A DNA stretch of 64,000 nucleotides from a bacterium (GTDB lineage: Bacteria > Armatimonadota > Chthonomonadetes > Chthonomonadales > Chthonomonadaceae): contig JAJZFJ010000244.1 in assembly GCA_021805395.1 (NCBI GenBank), positions 2,543 through 66,542 of the forward strand, read 5' to 3'. Positions within the stretch are counted from its first letter, which is position 1. Each line of letters opens with the position of its first letter. The translations under genes were made by a program, and so were the position numbers. The notes beneath the pieces were generated by a model that worked only from the letters and a program-made list of their open reading frames with translations, did not search any database and was not told the DNA's origin. Of the stretch, positions 27,784 to 37,989 are shown piece by piece.

Positions 27784-28947
27784 TTAGTGCAGAGAGATAA
27801 TTGTTCTTGAGAGTTCTGCAGGTGTAAGATGTCCTACATACGTGATATGCACAACTTTGCCTCTGTCTTGCTGGTTCCACATAAGAATATAGCCTTTAGG
27901 GTGTTTAGGAGGTTCCAGCTTTTTCCAGAATGCTACTTTTGGTACAATGCGTTCATATAGACTGAAATGGTTTGCACCATGTGAAAATCTTATGAGGACT
28001 GCATTCTGTCTGTTTACGTGGAGCACCCATAGACCTGAAATATAGTATCCATTTGGCAGCAAGTCTGGATCAAGTATATGGAATGGCACCTGTGGCTGAG
28101 CTTCTGAGACAGTACCGATGGAAGGAAGATCACCGGGGAAGGTGGGAGTTATATTGGTGCCAGGCGGTATAGCATCCCTTGTGAAGTCTCGTAAGGTAAG
28201 CCCGGCAGCGTTACCTATGAGTATGTGAGTCAAATAGGAATCTGACACCATACCGTTCTTGTTCCAGACTTCTCTCTTCATAATGATGCCAGTGGAAGTA
28301 TCGATCCAAAGTTTGCGCTGAACATCAACCGATGGGTTGCTGCTTATCGTGATGATGGCACATGTGATGCCCGCGACTCTTTCCCAACCGGTCTGGCGAA
28401 CGATTAGCTTCCCTTTCTGGATCATTTTCAGAACAGCTTTCTTTCCAGCTCCACCATTCACCACAGTCCAGAAGGAAGCAACAGCGTCGTGCCTCCTTGC
28501 ATAGTAGTGTATGTATGTGCCCGGAGCAGTAATGATAAAGTCTCCAGCAAGCCCTGGAGGTGAAAGAAAATCGATACGCTGTCTGATTCCCATAAGAGAT
28601 GCAACAGTTTCATTCGCAGCATGAACTCCCTGTTGTGTGTGCTGATCAGCAAGGTATGTTGTTTTAGATAGAAGAGCACGCTTGAGAATTTGAACTGCTT
28701 TTGGGTCGCTGATATTCTTTCGGTTCACCCTGGGCTGAATTACTCTTTGTGGATGAAACGGTTTATAGTGATGAAACCTGGGAGGAATCCAGCCGGGTCT
28801 TGTATGGCGCGGACCACCAGCAAGCAGCTGGATGGGTATGAAGATACATAACAGGGTAACAATGATGCCACAAATTACAGCTCGAAAACTGGACATATCC
28901 ACAGCATTATTCAATTTAGATTTGTCCATGATTTGCATTTCAATCAA
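27784..28947 (-). CDS. membrane-anchored RseB/MucB- or LolA-fold-like protein, third gene of the ECF sigma module
   Basis: 387 aa with an N-terminal TM (AVICGIIVTLLCIFIPIQLLA) and a beta-rich periplasmic part. It lies 18 nt downstream of the anti-sigma gene. The fold assignment is inferred from context and composition. Confidence 0.5.
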   Translation of the reverse strand: MIEMQIMDKSKLNNAVDMSSFRAVICGIIVTLLCIFIPIQLLAGGPRHTRPGWIPPRFHHYKPFHPQRVIQPRVNRKNISDPKAVQILKRALLSKTTYLADQHTQQGVHAANETVASLMGIRQRIDFLSPPGLAGDFIITAPGTYIHYYARRHDAVASFWTVVNGGAGKKAVLKMIQKGKLIVRQTGWERVAGITCAIITISSNPSVDVQRKLWIDTSTGIIMKREVWNKNGMVSDSYLTHILIGNAAGLTLRDFTRDAIPPGTNITPTFPGDLPSIGTVSEAQPQVPFHILDPDLLPNGYYISGLWVLHVNRQNAVLIRFSHGANHFSLYERIVPKVAFWKKLEPPKHPKGYILMWNQQDRGKVVHITYVGHLTPAELSRTIISLH

Positions 28948-28965
28948 TCCATAGTGAAGAAGCAG

Positions 28966-29529
28966 CTATGGGATTGCTGCCCCTTCGTTTGTGGTAGTAC
29001 TGTGCATTGCCAACTGGTCTGCAGATGGATCATCCAGAGGATTTTCAGCGGCATGCATAAGTAACTGTTCAACAACTACATGAGAAGGAACTTTTTTTGT
29101 TGGTGAAGCAGGATTCAGTTTAACGTCAATTGTTGGATGAGCGAGTGTAGAGAAGAGCAAAACTGCCCCAACAGCCACACTCATGCCAAACGCCTGCACC
29201 GGATGCGTACGAAGAATTGAGCGCAGTGAGATTAAGGCACTTTCAATCTGTGAAGCAAAAGTTCTAGGCGCTCTTGCAGCATCTATTTCATCCAGTTTAC
29301 TATGGAGTTTGGCCATAAAGAAATCTGGTGTGTCGTTTCGTTCCAGGTTGTGGATAAGATCCAGAGCACCTCGCATCTCCTTCACCACGCGCTCGCAATC
29401 TATACAACCTGCAAGATGTCGTTCAAGTTCCCATGTCTGTTGTGCAGAAAGTGTGCCATCCATATAGGAGTGTATGTTGCTTTCTGATACATGATCATTC
29501 TGTAATGATTGTGTTGTATTCTGTTTCAT
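28966..29529 (-). CDS. anti-sigma factor (zf-HC2 type) with one TM helix
   Basis: 187 aa. H-x3-C-x2-C motif HLAGCIDCERVV and a central TM (AFGMSVAVGAVLLFSTLA). It sits directly downstream of the ECF sigma gene. Confidence 0.8.
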   Translation of the reverse strand: MKQNTTQSLQNDHVSESNIHSYMDGTLSAQQTWELERHLAGCIDCERVVKEMRGALDLIHNLERNDTPDFFMAKLHSKLDEIDAARAPRTFASQIESALISLRSILRTHPVQAFGMSVAVGAVLLFSTLAHPTIDVKLNPASPTKKVPSHVVVEQLLMHAAENPLDDPSADQLAMHSTTTNEGAAIP

Positions 29530-29579
29530 AATTTTCTCGGTTTCAATTTCAGATTCGCATCGTCACTTTTGCACGTTAA

Positions 29580-30176
29580 TCAGGTTCTGAGATAGGGCGC
29601 CAGCTTTTGCCTGAGTACGTTTCTTCCATTGAACAGCCTGGATTTCACTGTTCCAAGAGGGCATGCTTCCACTTCGGCTATCTCCTCGTATGTCAGGCCC
29701 TCAATGTCGTAAAGCAGCACAACAGCCCGTAACTTGGTGGGCAGATCTAGCAGCGCGCTTTCCAGAATAGATCCCAGCTCACTATTTAGCAGTAAACTCT
29801 GAGGATCAAAACTTAAATCGGGTATCTCTCTATCTGTGTCTTCTTCACCATCATAACTGTTCACCAAACGCGTAGTATTCTCTGAAGTACGCTTCGATTT
29901 ACGACTGTGATCGATGCACAGATTAGTGGCAATTCTAAAAAGCCATGTATTCAGACTGGCTCTACTCTGAAACGAGCCGATTGAAAGGTAAGCACGCACA
30001 AAAGTCTCTTGTGTTAAATCTTCTGCGTCAGCGACATCACTAACCATTCGACGCACAAAATTGTACACCTTTGCTTTATAGCGAAGGACGATTTCGTTGA
30101 AGGCTGCCCTATCTCTGGCCTTAGCCCTCTGTACAAGTGCAAGGTCAGGATGCATAATACTCCCCACTGCTACCAT
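29580..30176 (-). CDS. RNA polymerase sigma-70 family, ECF subfamily
   Basis: 198 aa. Region 2 (FNEIVLRYKAKVYNFVRRMV..DAEDLTQETFVRAYLSIGSF...WLFRIATNLCIDHSRK) and region 4 (LPTKLRAVVLLYDIEGLTYEEIAEVEACPLGTVKSRL). Confidence 0.92.
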   Translation of the reverse strand: MVAVGSIMHPDLALVQRAKARDRAAFNEIVLRYKAKVYNFVRRMVSDVADAEDLTQETFVRAYLSIGSFQSRASLNTWLFRIATNLCIDHSRKSKRTSENTTRLVNSYDGEEDTDREIPDLSFDPQSLLLNSELGSILESALLDLPTKLRAVVLLYDIEGLTYEEIAEVEACPLGTVKSRLFNGRNVLRQKLAPYLRT

Positions 30177-30216
30177 TTAACATCTCCTGCAATAGTAAGT
30201 ATCCTCTCCTGATAGC

Positions 30217-30243
30217 TAGACGGAATCAAACCTCATTTGTTCA
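30217..30243 (-). promoter_or_regulatory. candidate ECF-type autoregulatory promoter (TGAAC-N16-CGTCTA)
   Basis: Minus strand reads ATGAAC-aaatgaggtttgattc-CGTCTA. There are exactly 16 nt between AAC and CGT. The -10 element is 41 nt upstream of the sigma ATG, whose SD is AGGAG. Confidence 0.5.
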
Positions 30244-30264
30244 TTGTGCACACACCAACTATAA

Positions 30265-31764
30265 TTAGATCCCGTAAATTTCAGAGTACTTATTATTCAA
30301 GTAATCTATTAGTGGTTTAGCGGTAATTTTAGTTCCTGTAATCTTCTCCACCAGATCGAAAGGCTGGTATCTCATCCCCTGTGAGTGCACGTTCTCTCTT
30401 AACCATGTGAGGATCGGAGCAAATTCTCCGTTGAGAATCAGCTGTTTTGGGTCTGTGAGATCCATGCTTAGTTTGTCCCATAGTTGAAGTGAAATCACAT
30501 TCCCTAACGTATAGCACGGAAATCCTCCAAATCCACCAGTCCAGTGGACATCCTGCAAACAGCCTTCAGCATCCGAAGGGGGTGTAATTCCAAAATACTC
30601 TTCCATAGCGGAATCCCACGCATCAGGGATGTCGTCCACATCCAGATTACCCTCAAGCAGAGCGGATTCAATTTCAAATCTAAGTAAAACATGCAGATTA
30701 TAGGTAGCTTCATCTGCTTCCACTCGAATGAACGACGGTTTAACGCAGTTTACTGCCCTGTACAGCTCCTCTGGATCACAATTTGAGAATGAGGGGAAAT
30801 ACTCCCGGAACCTGGGCATTATGTGAGTGCAGTATTCCCTGCTTCTGCCCACGATGTTTTCCCACATGCGTGACTGACTCTCATGTACCCCTGATGAAGC
30901 CGCTTTGCAAAGTGGTGTGCCTGCGTATTGAAGTGGAAGTCCCTGTTCATAAAGTGCATGTCCAGCCTCATGCATACTCGCATAGAATGCGGCGGAGAAA
31001 TATGCTGCGTCATACCTTGTTGTGATCCTTACATCTTGTGGTGACATGCTTATGCAGAAAGGATGCACTGTGGGATCCTGTCTCCCCATGGAGAAATTAT
31101 ATCCTATCTCTTTCACAGCAAAAGTGGTGAGAGCTCTCTGCTTATCAAGATCGAAGTCACCATGCAGACAGGATACATCCACACTGTTGCCACTCTCTTT
31201 GATCCTGCTTATAAGTGAGATTAGAGCCGGTTTTAGCTCGGAAAACACTGCTTTTACCTGGGCATGAGTTACGCCCGGCTCACTCTCCTCCAGTAATGCG
31301 TCATAGGGATGGTCTTTATATCCTAACAAATCTATTTCACGCATAGTCAGTTCAAGCGTCTTTTTTAAAACCGGAGCAAACATATCGAAATCACTGCGTT
31401 CTCTCGCTTTCACCCATGTGTTATATGCAAGGGTAGAATGGCGAGACTTCTCTTCCACAAGGCTGGCAGGTAATTTTGTCCCCCTGTCAAAATCCCTCCG
31501 TGCGATGCGCAGCATTGTTCTGGTATCACCGTTCTCATCCTCACTGGCATATTCTGCTTCACATTTAGAAAGGAGATCCTTCATTTCATTACCCGTTGAC
31601 AGCTCGTGAACGATGGACTGAAGGGTAGCTGCCTGCTCAGCACGTGCAGATGAGCTTCCTTCAGGCATATAGGTTAACTGATCCCAAAATAACAGGGATG
31701 TTGCTTCCGATATGTTGACTATTTTGCTATAGAGTGTTTTAAAGTCGGAAAATGATGAGGACAT
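30265..31764 (-). CDS. carboxypeptidase Taq-type metallopeptidase (family M32)
   Basis: 499 aa. HEAGHALYEQG zinc motif, HESQSRMWEN and IRVEADEATYNLH are M32 hallmarks. Confidence 0.92.
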   Translation of the reverse strand: MSSSFSDFKTLYSKIVNISEATSLLFWDQLTYMPEGSSSARAEQAATLQSIVHELSTGNEMKDLLSKCEAEYASEDENGDTRTMLRIARRDFDRGTKLPASLVEEKSRHSTLAYNTWVKARERSDFDMFAPVLKKTLELTMREIDLLGYKDHPYDALLEESEPGVTHAQVKAVFSELKPALISLISRIKESGNSVDVSCLHGDFDLDKQRALTTFAVKEIGYNFSMGRQDPTVHPFCISMSPQDVRITTRYDAAYFSAAFYASMHEAGHALYEQGLPLQYAGTPLCKAASSGVHESQSRMWENIVGRSREYCTHIMPRFREYFPSFSNCDPEELYRAVNCVKPSFIRVEADEATYNLHVLLRFEIESALLEGNLDVDDIPDAWDSAMEEYFGITPPSDAEGCLQDVHWTGGFGGFPCYTLGNVISLQLWDKLSMDLTDPKQLILNGEFAPILTWLRENVHSQGMRYQPFDLVEKITGTKITAKPLIDYLNNKYSEIYGI

Positions 31765-31788
31765 TCATAACTCCTGCGAATGTGTGAT

Positions 31789-33396
31789 TCAAAGTTTGTG
31801 AGCAGCGAAAACAGGGCCAAATGCTGCGAGATTAGCATACTTCTGGGAAGAAAATCGTTTAAAGTTCTCTACGAAGAGGCTGGCCAGTCGAGTTGCCTGT
31901 TCATGATATTCCCCAGGGTTGGACCAGTGTTCTACTGGATTTACTATCTGTTGAGGAACACCAGGAATCTCCACAGGATACGATAACTGGAATACTGGAT
32001 CAGTAACACGCTGAACTGAATTCAGCTCCCCATTCAGTACAGCATTCAGTATGGCTCGGGTAACCTCGAGCGGTATCCTGCTTCCGACTCCAGGAGGGCC
32101 GCCTTGCCAGCCAGTATTGATGAGCCACACCTTTACATTGTGCTTTTCTATTTTGGCGGATAGCATATCTGCATAAGTCTCAGGGCGAAGAGGCAGAAAC
32201 GGCTGGGCAAAACAGGCACTAAACGTAGCTTCGGGTGAAGAGCTTAGTCCACGCTCAGTTCCTGAGACCTTAGCTGTGTATCCACTTAGAAAATGGTACA
32301 TAGTCTGTTCTTTGGATAGAAGACTAGCTGCAGGCAATACCCCAAATGCATCCGCAGTGAGAAACACAATGTGCTTAGGCTGTTCCGCGATGCCGGACAG
32401 ATTTACATTCGTGAGGGATTTGATGGAATATGCTGCTCTGGTGTTTTCCGTGTGAGACCTATCGTTGTAATCTAATATTCGGGTTGCAGGGTTACAGGTT
32501 ACATTTTCAAGAACAGATGCAAATCCAATCGCATCCCAAATTTGTGGCTCTTTCTCCCGAGAAAGCCCGATGCATTTGGCATAGCAGCCACCCTCAATAT
32601 TGAATACTCCTGTCTCCGACCAGCCATGTTCATCGTCTCCCAAAAGGAGTCTGTTAGGGTCTGCAGAGAGTGTAGTTTTACCTGTTCCGCTCAGGCCGAA
32701 GAACAGGGCGGAGTCTCCATTAATACCTGAGTTGCATGAACAGTGCATTGGAAAGACATCCTTTTGAGGCAGGAGAAAGTTTAAAATGGTAAACACACAC
32801 TTTTTGATCTCTCCAGCGTACTCAGTGCCACCAATCAGGACAATGCGTTTATCCAGGTTCAATACAATAAAGGTCTCTGAACGCGTTCCATCTTCAGCAG
32901 GGTTGGCTTTGCAGCCAGGTGCAGCAAGAATAGTGAAGCCACCAAACTCTCTATCTTCGATGCCATTGTTAAGATTCCATCCCTGGGCTGGCTCCTGAAT
33001 TAGCAGTTGACACCCGAAGAGGCAGTGCCAGGCACGCTCAGATACCAGATGAATCTGTATTTGATAGTCTCTATCTGCACAGGCTGCAAGCTGTACACCA
33101 TAAGAGGGCTTTGAAGAGAGGTAATCCTGCATCTTTTTATGCAGTCTATCGAACTGATTTTCCTGGAGGGGATGATTCACGCTGCCCCACCATATTAAAT
33201 CTCTTGTGAGATCTGTCTCTACTATATATTTATCTTGCGGAGATCTTCCACTAAACTCTCCTGTATCTACAACGAGAGCACCATTGGTTGCAAGAATACC
33301 TTCATGGTTTAAGATTGCGTGTTCCAGTAGTTCCGGAACGGATAGGTTAAGATACAAACTGTTTGACATGTCTGATTGCTTTGTGTTTTCCAGCAT
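31789..33396 (-). CDS. pckA: phosphoenolpyruvate carboxykinase (ATP)
   Basis: Near-collinear match by eye to E. coli PckA (GRSPQDKYIV, FFGLSGTGKTTLS, GDDEHGW, GGCYAKCI, FLTADAFGVLP, YHFLSGYTAKV.GTE). Start set at ATG 33396 (MLENTKQ, SD GGAGG 9 nt upstream) instead of 33582, giving 535 aa. Confidence 0.93.
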   Translation of the reverse strand: MLENTKQSDMSNSLYLNLSVPELLEHAILNHEGILATNGALVVDTGEFSGRSPQDKYIVETDLTRDLIWWGSVNHPLQENQFDRLHKKMQDYLSSKPSYGVQLAACADRDYQIQIHLVSERAWHCLFGCQLLIQEPAQGWNLNNGIEDREFGGFTILAAPGCKANPAEDGTRSETFIVLNLDKRIVLIGGTEYAGEIKKCVFTILNFLLPQKDVFPMHCSCNSGINGDSALFFGLSGTGKTTLSADPNRLLLGDDEHGWSETGVFNIEGGCYAKCIGLSREKEPQIWDAIGFASVLENVTCNPATRILDYNDRSHTENTRAAYSIKSLTNVNLSGIAEQPKHIVFLTADAFGVLPAASLLSKEQTMYHFLSGYTAKVSGTERGLSSSPEATFSACFAQPFLPLRPETYADMLSAKIEKHNVKVWLINTGWQGGPPGVGSRIPLEVTRAILNAVLNGELNSVQRVTDPVFQLSYPVEIPGVPQQIVNPVEHWSNPGEYHEQATRLASLFVENFKRFSSQKYANLAAFGPVFAAHKL

Positions 33397-33617
33397 AAAG
33401 AACGTCCTCCATTGCACGTTCGCGGATTCTGGATCTATCCAGTAACAGGCTTCATTGTCTGTCGGCGTCCGCAGATTGAAGTGTACCCCATACAGGGTAT
33501 TAAAACCTCCTGCATATATGGAATGAGCATTATAGCAGGAGTGAAATTCCAGTGAGAATATCAGTTCTGTAACTGGGTACATACCACCAAATTATAAATT
33601 GTGAGATGAGATACTGA

Positions 33618-35798
33618 ATGAGCACATTTAACGAGTGTGATACTACCGGGACTTGTCAGAAAGCAGAAATGAGTACGACAACATCACTGAGTAATCTTGT
33701 CCAGCATCTCCAGGGCAACTCCATCATCGTACTGGTATCGGCGGACAACATGGCTGATAACAGTTCTGTAACCGAACCCTTGCTGGTTAAAGTGTTCAGT
33801 GATGCACTATTCACAACTACCCAAATCAATATTCTTCCACTCGACACCTGCTCCTGGGCGGTTACCTGTGGACTGGTGGGGGATCCTTATGATCCTGAAT
33901 TTTCACTTTACGTTCATACAATATGCAGAAGGTTTGAGACGGAAATTGCACAGGCACTGCGCGATCAGGGGATCCGTACAAGTGCACTGAAAATCACCCC
34001 CATAGCATCCATGCGCAAGTCTGGAGTAGTGCAGGGGAATCTCAATGAGATGAACTCTCTACTTGAAGTAATTGTGAATGGCAGATTAAGAACACAGTTC
34101 CAGCCTATTGTGAACCTCAACAGCGGCAGAATAGCAGGTTATGAGGCGCTCATTAGGGGAGACAGCAATTCACCTTTAAGAAGACCTGGCGACATGCTGC
34201 ACATTGCAGAGAGATCCCAGATGATCTCCTGGTTTGATATGGCATGTTTGGAACAGTGTTTCAGTAAAGCTAGTGAGCAGGGGCTGAAGCATCCTCTGTT
34301 TGTTAACATTGAGGCAGAAGGCTTGGAAGCAATTCACCTGCATTCAAATTCTCTTGCCGAGCGAGCCTTTAAATACGGCATTAATCCGGATCAGGTTGTA
34401 GTAGAGATTACTGAAAGGCAGGCACTGGGTGATTTCCCGAGATTAATAGAGGGCATAAAGCATCTGAAAGATCAGGGGTTCAGATTTGCTGTGGATGATG
34501 CCGGAGCTGGTTACAATAGTCTTGAAATCATTGTAGATCTAAAACCAGATTACGTGAAGGTGGATCGCAGGCTTGTAGCGGGAATTGACACGAATGGTAC
34601 CAAGCGCGGCTTGATTGCGTCATTGGTGCGCTATTCCAGACAAATTGGAACATCAGTTTTAGGTGAAGGTATCGAGACACAGGCTGAACTTGAGACAATG
34701 ATTGATCTTGGGGTCAACTATGCTCAGGGTTATCTGCTGGCACGTCCTTCCAATACTTTTGATGGGATAAGCAAAGATCTCAGAAAACAGATCATTCAAC
34801 GGTCTGAATCGAGAAACAGCATGCAGATAGGAAGAAGCCGCAGCCTTTCATCCATGATTCATGCAGGCACAACAGTTACGATAACCGAGCCAGAATTATG
34901 TGCAAGAAAAATGTTTATCAAAGATGCATACCTAACGAGTATTGTGGTTACAGAGGAGACAGGTGTTCCTGCAGGGGTAATTCTCCGACAGGATATGGAT
35001 TTTGATAAGAAGCAGGAAGAGAAAGAAGATGTCTCGATCGCATCATTTATGAAGACAGATATTCTCTGTGTGGATGAGTCTATGCTGGTGATTGATCTGC
35101 CTAAAATAATATCCCGCAGGGGTGGAATTTCTCTCGATCGTGATATTGTGGTGGTGGATATGAATGGCAAATTTGCCGGCGTCATTCCTATGAGAGACGT
35201 GCTTGAAACTCTCAGCACGCAGCAGCAGTCGGCTCAACGGTACTCTGATTCCCTGACTGGATTACCTAATAAAGTGGTACTGGAGCAGGTCCTTCGAGAT
35301 CGCATTGCCAGTAAATGTCCACTAGGCATAGTACGGGCAGATGTGATGTATCTGGATAACTACAATCGCGTTTTTGGTACGGCTCATGGTGATGAACTGA
35401 TAAAAGGACTGGTGGATCTGTTATCTGAAATGCAGAAATCAGTTGGTAGTTCAGAAGATCTCATTACCCACATGGGTGGAGATGATTTTGTGGTTCTAAC
35501 TACACCAGACAGGGTGCATATTTACTGTGATGGTTTGAAGGATGGGTTTGACAGTTTAATCAACAACCTTTATTCAAACCATACAATCCGAAATGGATAC
35601 ATGGAGTTGGAAGAGGGACATGGAGTACGTAAAGTACCTTTGTGTACTTTGGCTTTGGCTGGTATGACAGGAAGAACGGTTAAGATGACTAACTCGACAC
35701 AAACACTTGACAGCCTGCATAAGCTTTTAAGAGTTGTGCAGGATCGATTTGGAGGCGGGATTCTAATCGACAACATTCCGCTGCCAAAAGCCGCATGA
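33618..35798 (+). CDS. c-di-GMP signalling protein: unknown N-domain, EAL phosphodiesterase, CBS pair, then a degenerate GGDEF domain
   Basis: 726 aa. EAL-domain residues appear intact (YEALIR, FVNIEAEG, EITERQ, FAVDDAGAGYNSL, VKVDR, GEGIETQ, QGYLLARP). The C-terminal GGDEF domain starts at DSLTGLPNK but its active-site motif reads GGDDF. Confidence 0.85.
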   Translation: MSTFNECDTTGTCQKAEMSTTTSLSNLVQHLQGNSIIVLVSADNMADNSSVTEPLLVKVFSDALFTTTQINILPLDTCSWAVTCGLVGDPYDPEFSLYVHTICRRFETEIAQALRDQGIRTSALKITPIASMRKSGVVQGNLNEMNSLLEVIVNGRLRTQFQPIVNLNSGRIAGYEALIRGDSNSPLRRPGDMLHIAERSQMISWFDMACLEQCFSKASEQGLKHPLFVNIEAEGLEAIHLHSNSLAERAFKYGINPDQVVVEITERQALGDFPRLIEGIKHLKDQGFRFAVDDAGAGYNSLEIIVDLKPDYVKVDRRLVAGIDTNGTKRGLIASLVRYSRQIGTSVLGEGIETQAELETMIDLGVNYAQGYLLARPSNTFDGISKDLRKQIIQRSESRNSMQIGRSRSLSSMIHAGTTVTITEPELCARKMFIKDAYLTSIVVTEETGVPAGVILRQDMDFDKKQEEKEDVSIASFMKTDILCVDESMLVIDLPKIISRRGGISLDRDIVVVDMNGKFAGVIPMRDVLETLSTQQQSAQRYSDSLTGLPNKVVLEQVLRDRIASKCPLGIVRADVMYLDNYNRVFGTAHGDELIKGLVDLLSEMQKSVGSSEDLITHMGGDDFVVLTTPDRVHIYCDGLKDGFDSLINNLYSNHTIRNGYMELEEGHGVRKVPLCTLALAGMTGRTVKMTNSTQTLDSLHKLLRVVQDRFGGGILIDNIPLPKAA

Positions 35799-35858
35799 GT
35801 CCTGCTGTGCCTGAGAAGTAACTGTAGTGGAGTAATAAGCGATTAGCTGGTAGAATAT

Positions 35859-37817
35859 ATGCCAGTGCATAATATGAAATCCACACCAAATATATTACTC
35901 TTACGCCTTCTCCTGTATACAGTTTTCTTTTTGGGCACAGCGAGGTATGTGACTGCTGTTCCTAACTCGAAAATTGATGCTGAACTGCAGCAAGCAATAC
36001 GTACTGCTCCGCCACAATCCAAATATCCTCACTGTGATTGTGTTAAGCTCCTGGATACTGGTGACATATCGCTTAAGCCAGATGGAACTCAAATAGCAAC
36101 ATACCGTGAGACTTTTATTTTATATAACCGGACAGCCCGAGATTATGGTGAGGTGGTTTTACCATACGATGCCGATTATCAGCAGATAAGGCTGATAAAA
36201 GCTCAAACAGTAGAACCAGATGGCACAGTACTTACACTCAATCAAGATGAGATTAAGCTTGGTGGGCAGGCTGGCGAATTTGCTCTCTATTCAGATGCAA
36301 TGGCACTCATGTTCTCCATGCCAGGGATTGAAAACGGAAGCATTATAGATTACCGTTATCAGGTGATATCTCACCCAGAGATCATGCATGGCAGATACTC
36401 ACTCTACTGGAGTTTTAATGCTACAGTCCCTGTGATTCGGAGCCGCCTCACATTGAGGTGTTCTACTGCGGATATGCCAGCATTCAGAATATTGAATGCC
36501 AAAGGTTCCGAGCTTTCAGAATACAGGAAAACTCATGGCTCAGCAACCAGTATTGCCTGGGAGATGCAAAACATTCCCAGAATCAAAATTGAGCCTGCAA
36601 TGCCTCTTTCTCCTCAGATCAGGATAGCAGTCGAGATTAGCACCATTCACAGCTGGCAAAGCATTGGCGACTGGTACTATCACCTTGAACAGCCTGCATT
36701 CAAACCTGACAACGCACTCGTTGATCTGGTGAAACGCATAGATAAAGGATGCACTACCAAAGCCCAGTGTGCTGCAGCACTTTATGGCTGGACAGCAACG
36801 CATATACGTTATGTGGGGCTGGAGTTTGGCCTTTCCGCATATCAGCCGCATACACCGTCCATGGTTTTAAAGAATCTGTATGGGGACTGTAAAGACAAAG
36901 CCACTCTGCTGATTGCCATGTTGAGGATTGCTGGAATAGGAGCAAATGCTGCAATGCTTGAGAGTGGAGATAATCTGCCGGTTGACCAGAACTTGCCATC
37001 GCTAAGTTCATTCGATCATGTTGTGGTGAGAGCGGATGTTGGCGGCAAAGTGGTATGGATGGATCCAACGGCCAGCTTCTGCAGTTATGGTGATATACCT
37101 ACTGCAGATAGAGGTGCAGAAGCACTGGTAGTAGCAAAGCAGGATAGTAAATTTGACACAGTTCCCAACTACAGGGCAAGTACTAATGGATCAGGCATTA
37201 CAGTAATAGAAAATGTACAACCTGACATGTCTGCGGTCATTGAAATAACCGCTATATTTCGAGGCGATGTAGAGCAGGAGCTGGAAGCCACGTTATTGCA
37301 GACACCTGAAGGTGATGTGAAACAGGTAGTACAGAATTTGGCATCGAATTTAGGTTTGTCAGGAACGGTACAAAAGTTCGCAATATCAAACAGACATTCA
37401 CTCACATTTCAAATAACCTTAAAGGCAAATCATATTGGAACTGCTGTATCTAATCTCCAGCTTTTGCCAATCTTCAACTCAATGAGCGGACCAGGAGAAA
37501 GTAATCCATACACTGAAAGCAAAAGAGTTTGGCCAATCGTATCTGCTCAGAGCTCTCACCTTACAACAACCACCACTATCAACCTGCCTGCCGGCTGGAA
37601 ATTCACCGGAGTCCCACATGAAGTCAACTACTCCGATCCTCTTCAGTCATACCGTTGCAGCTGTGAGCTATCGAGTAATGCTTCTACGCTTGTCGAGAAA
37701 GATTATTATCGACAGGAAGCAGGATCAGCAGGGCCAGATAGTTACTCACTTTTCCAGAAATTCTGGACGTCTTTGCTAAAAATTCAATCTCTAACTGGAG
37801 TAGTCCAGCGTAGTTAA
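35859..37817 (+). CDS. secreted DUF3857 / transglutaminase-like cysteine protease-fold / DUF3858-type protein
   Basis: 652 aa with a signal-like N-terminus. Transglutaminase core triad context YGDCKDKATLLIAMLRIAGI ... FDHVVVR ... WMDPT. Confidence 0.75.
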   Translation: MPVHNMKSTPNILLLRLLLYTVFFLGTARYVTAVPNSKIDAELQQAIRTAPPQSKYPHCDCVKLLDTGDISLKPDGTQIATYRETFILYNRTARDYGEVVLPYDADYQQIRLIKAQTVEPDGTVLTLNQDEIKLGGQAGEFALYSDAMALMFSMPGIENGSIIDYRYQVISHPEIMHGRYSLYWSFNATVPVIRSRLTLRCSTADMPAFRILNAKGSELSEYRKTHGSATSIAWEMQNIPRIKIEPAMPLSPQIRIAVEISTIHSWQSIGDWYYHLEQPAFKPDNALVDLVKRIDKGCTTKAQCAAALYGWTATHIRYVGLEFGLSAYQPHTPSMVLKNLYGDCKDKATLLIAMLRIAGIGANAAMLESGDNLPVDQNLPSLSSFDHVVVRADVGGKVVWMDPTASFCSYGDIPTADRGAEALVVAKQDSKFDTVPNYRASTNGSGITVIENVQPDMSAVIEITAIFRGDVEQELEATLLQTPEGDVKQVVQNLASNLGLSGTVQKFAISNRHSLTFQITLKANHIGTAVSNLQLLPIFNSMSGPGESNPYTESKRVWPIVSAQSSHLTTTTTINLPAGWKFTGVPHEVNYSDPLQSYRCSCELSSNASTLVEKDYYRQEAGSAGPDSYSLFQKFWTSLLKIQSLTGVVQRS

Positions 37818-37918
37818 AATGAGATATTACAGGAAGTCACTTATTATGCTGAAAGAAAGTGCATTGAGAAGCTCGGCATTTACGATGATTTATAAGGTTA
37901 TAATAGTTACGGAATCTG

Positions 37919-37967
37919 TTGACATTGTTAGAAGACCTTTACATATTCCTTTGTACTAATGTATAAT
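37919..37967 (+). promoter_or_regulatory. candidate sigma-70 promoter region for rpsT
   Basis: TTGACA (37919-24), 17 nt, CATATT (37942-47), with a consensus TATAAT further downstream at 37962-67. SD AGGAGGA at 37978-84 precedes GTG 37990. Confidence 0.4.
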
Positions 37968-37989
37968 TGAGTATCACAGGAGGATATTC

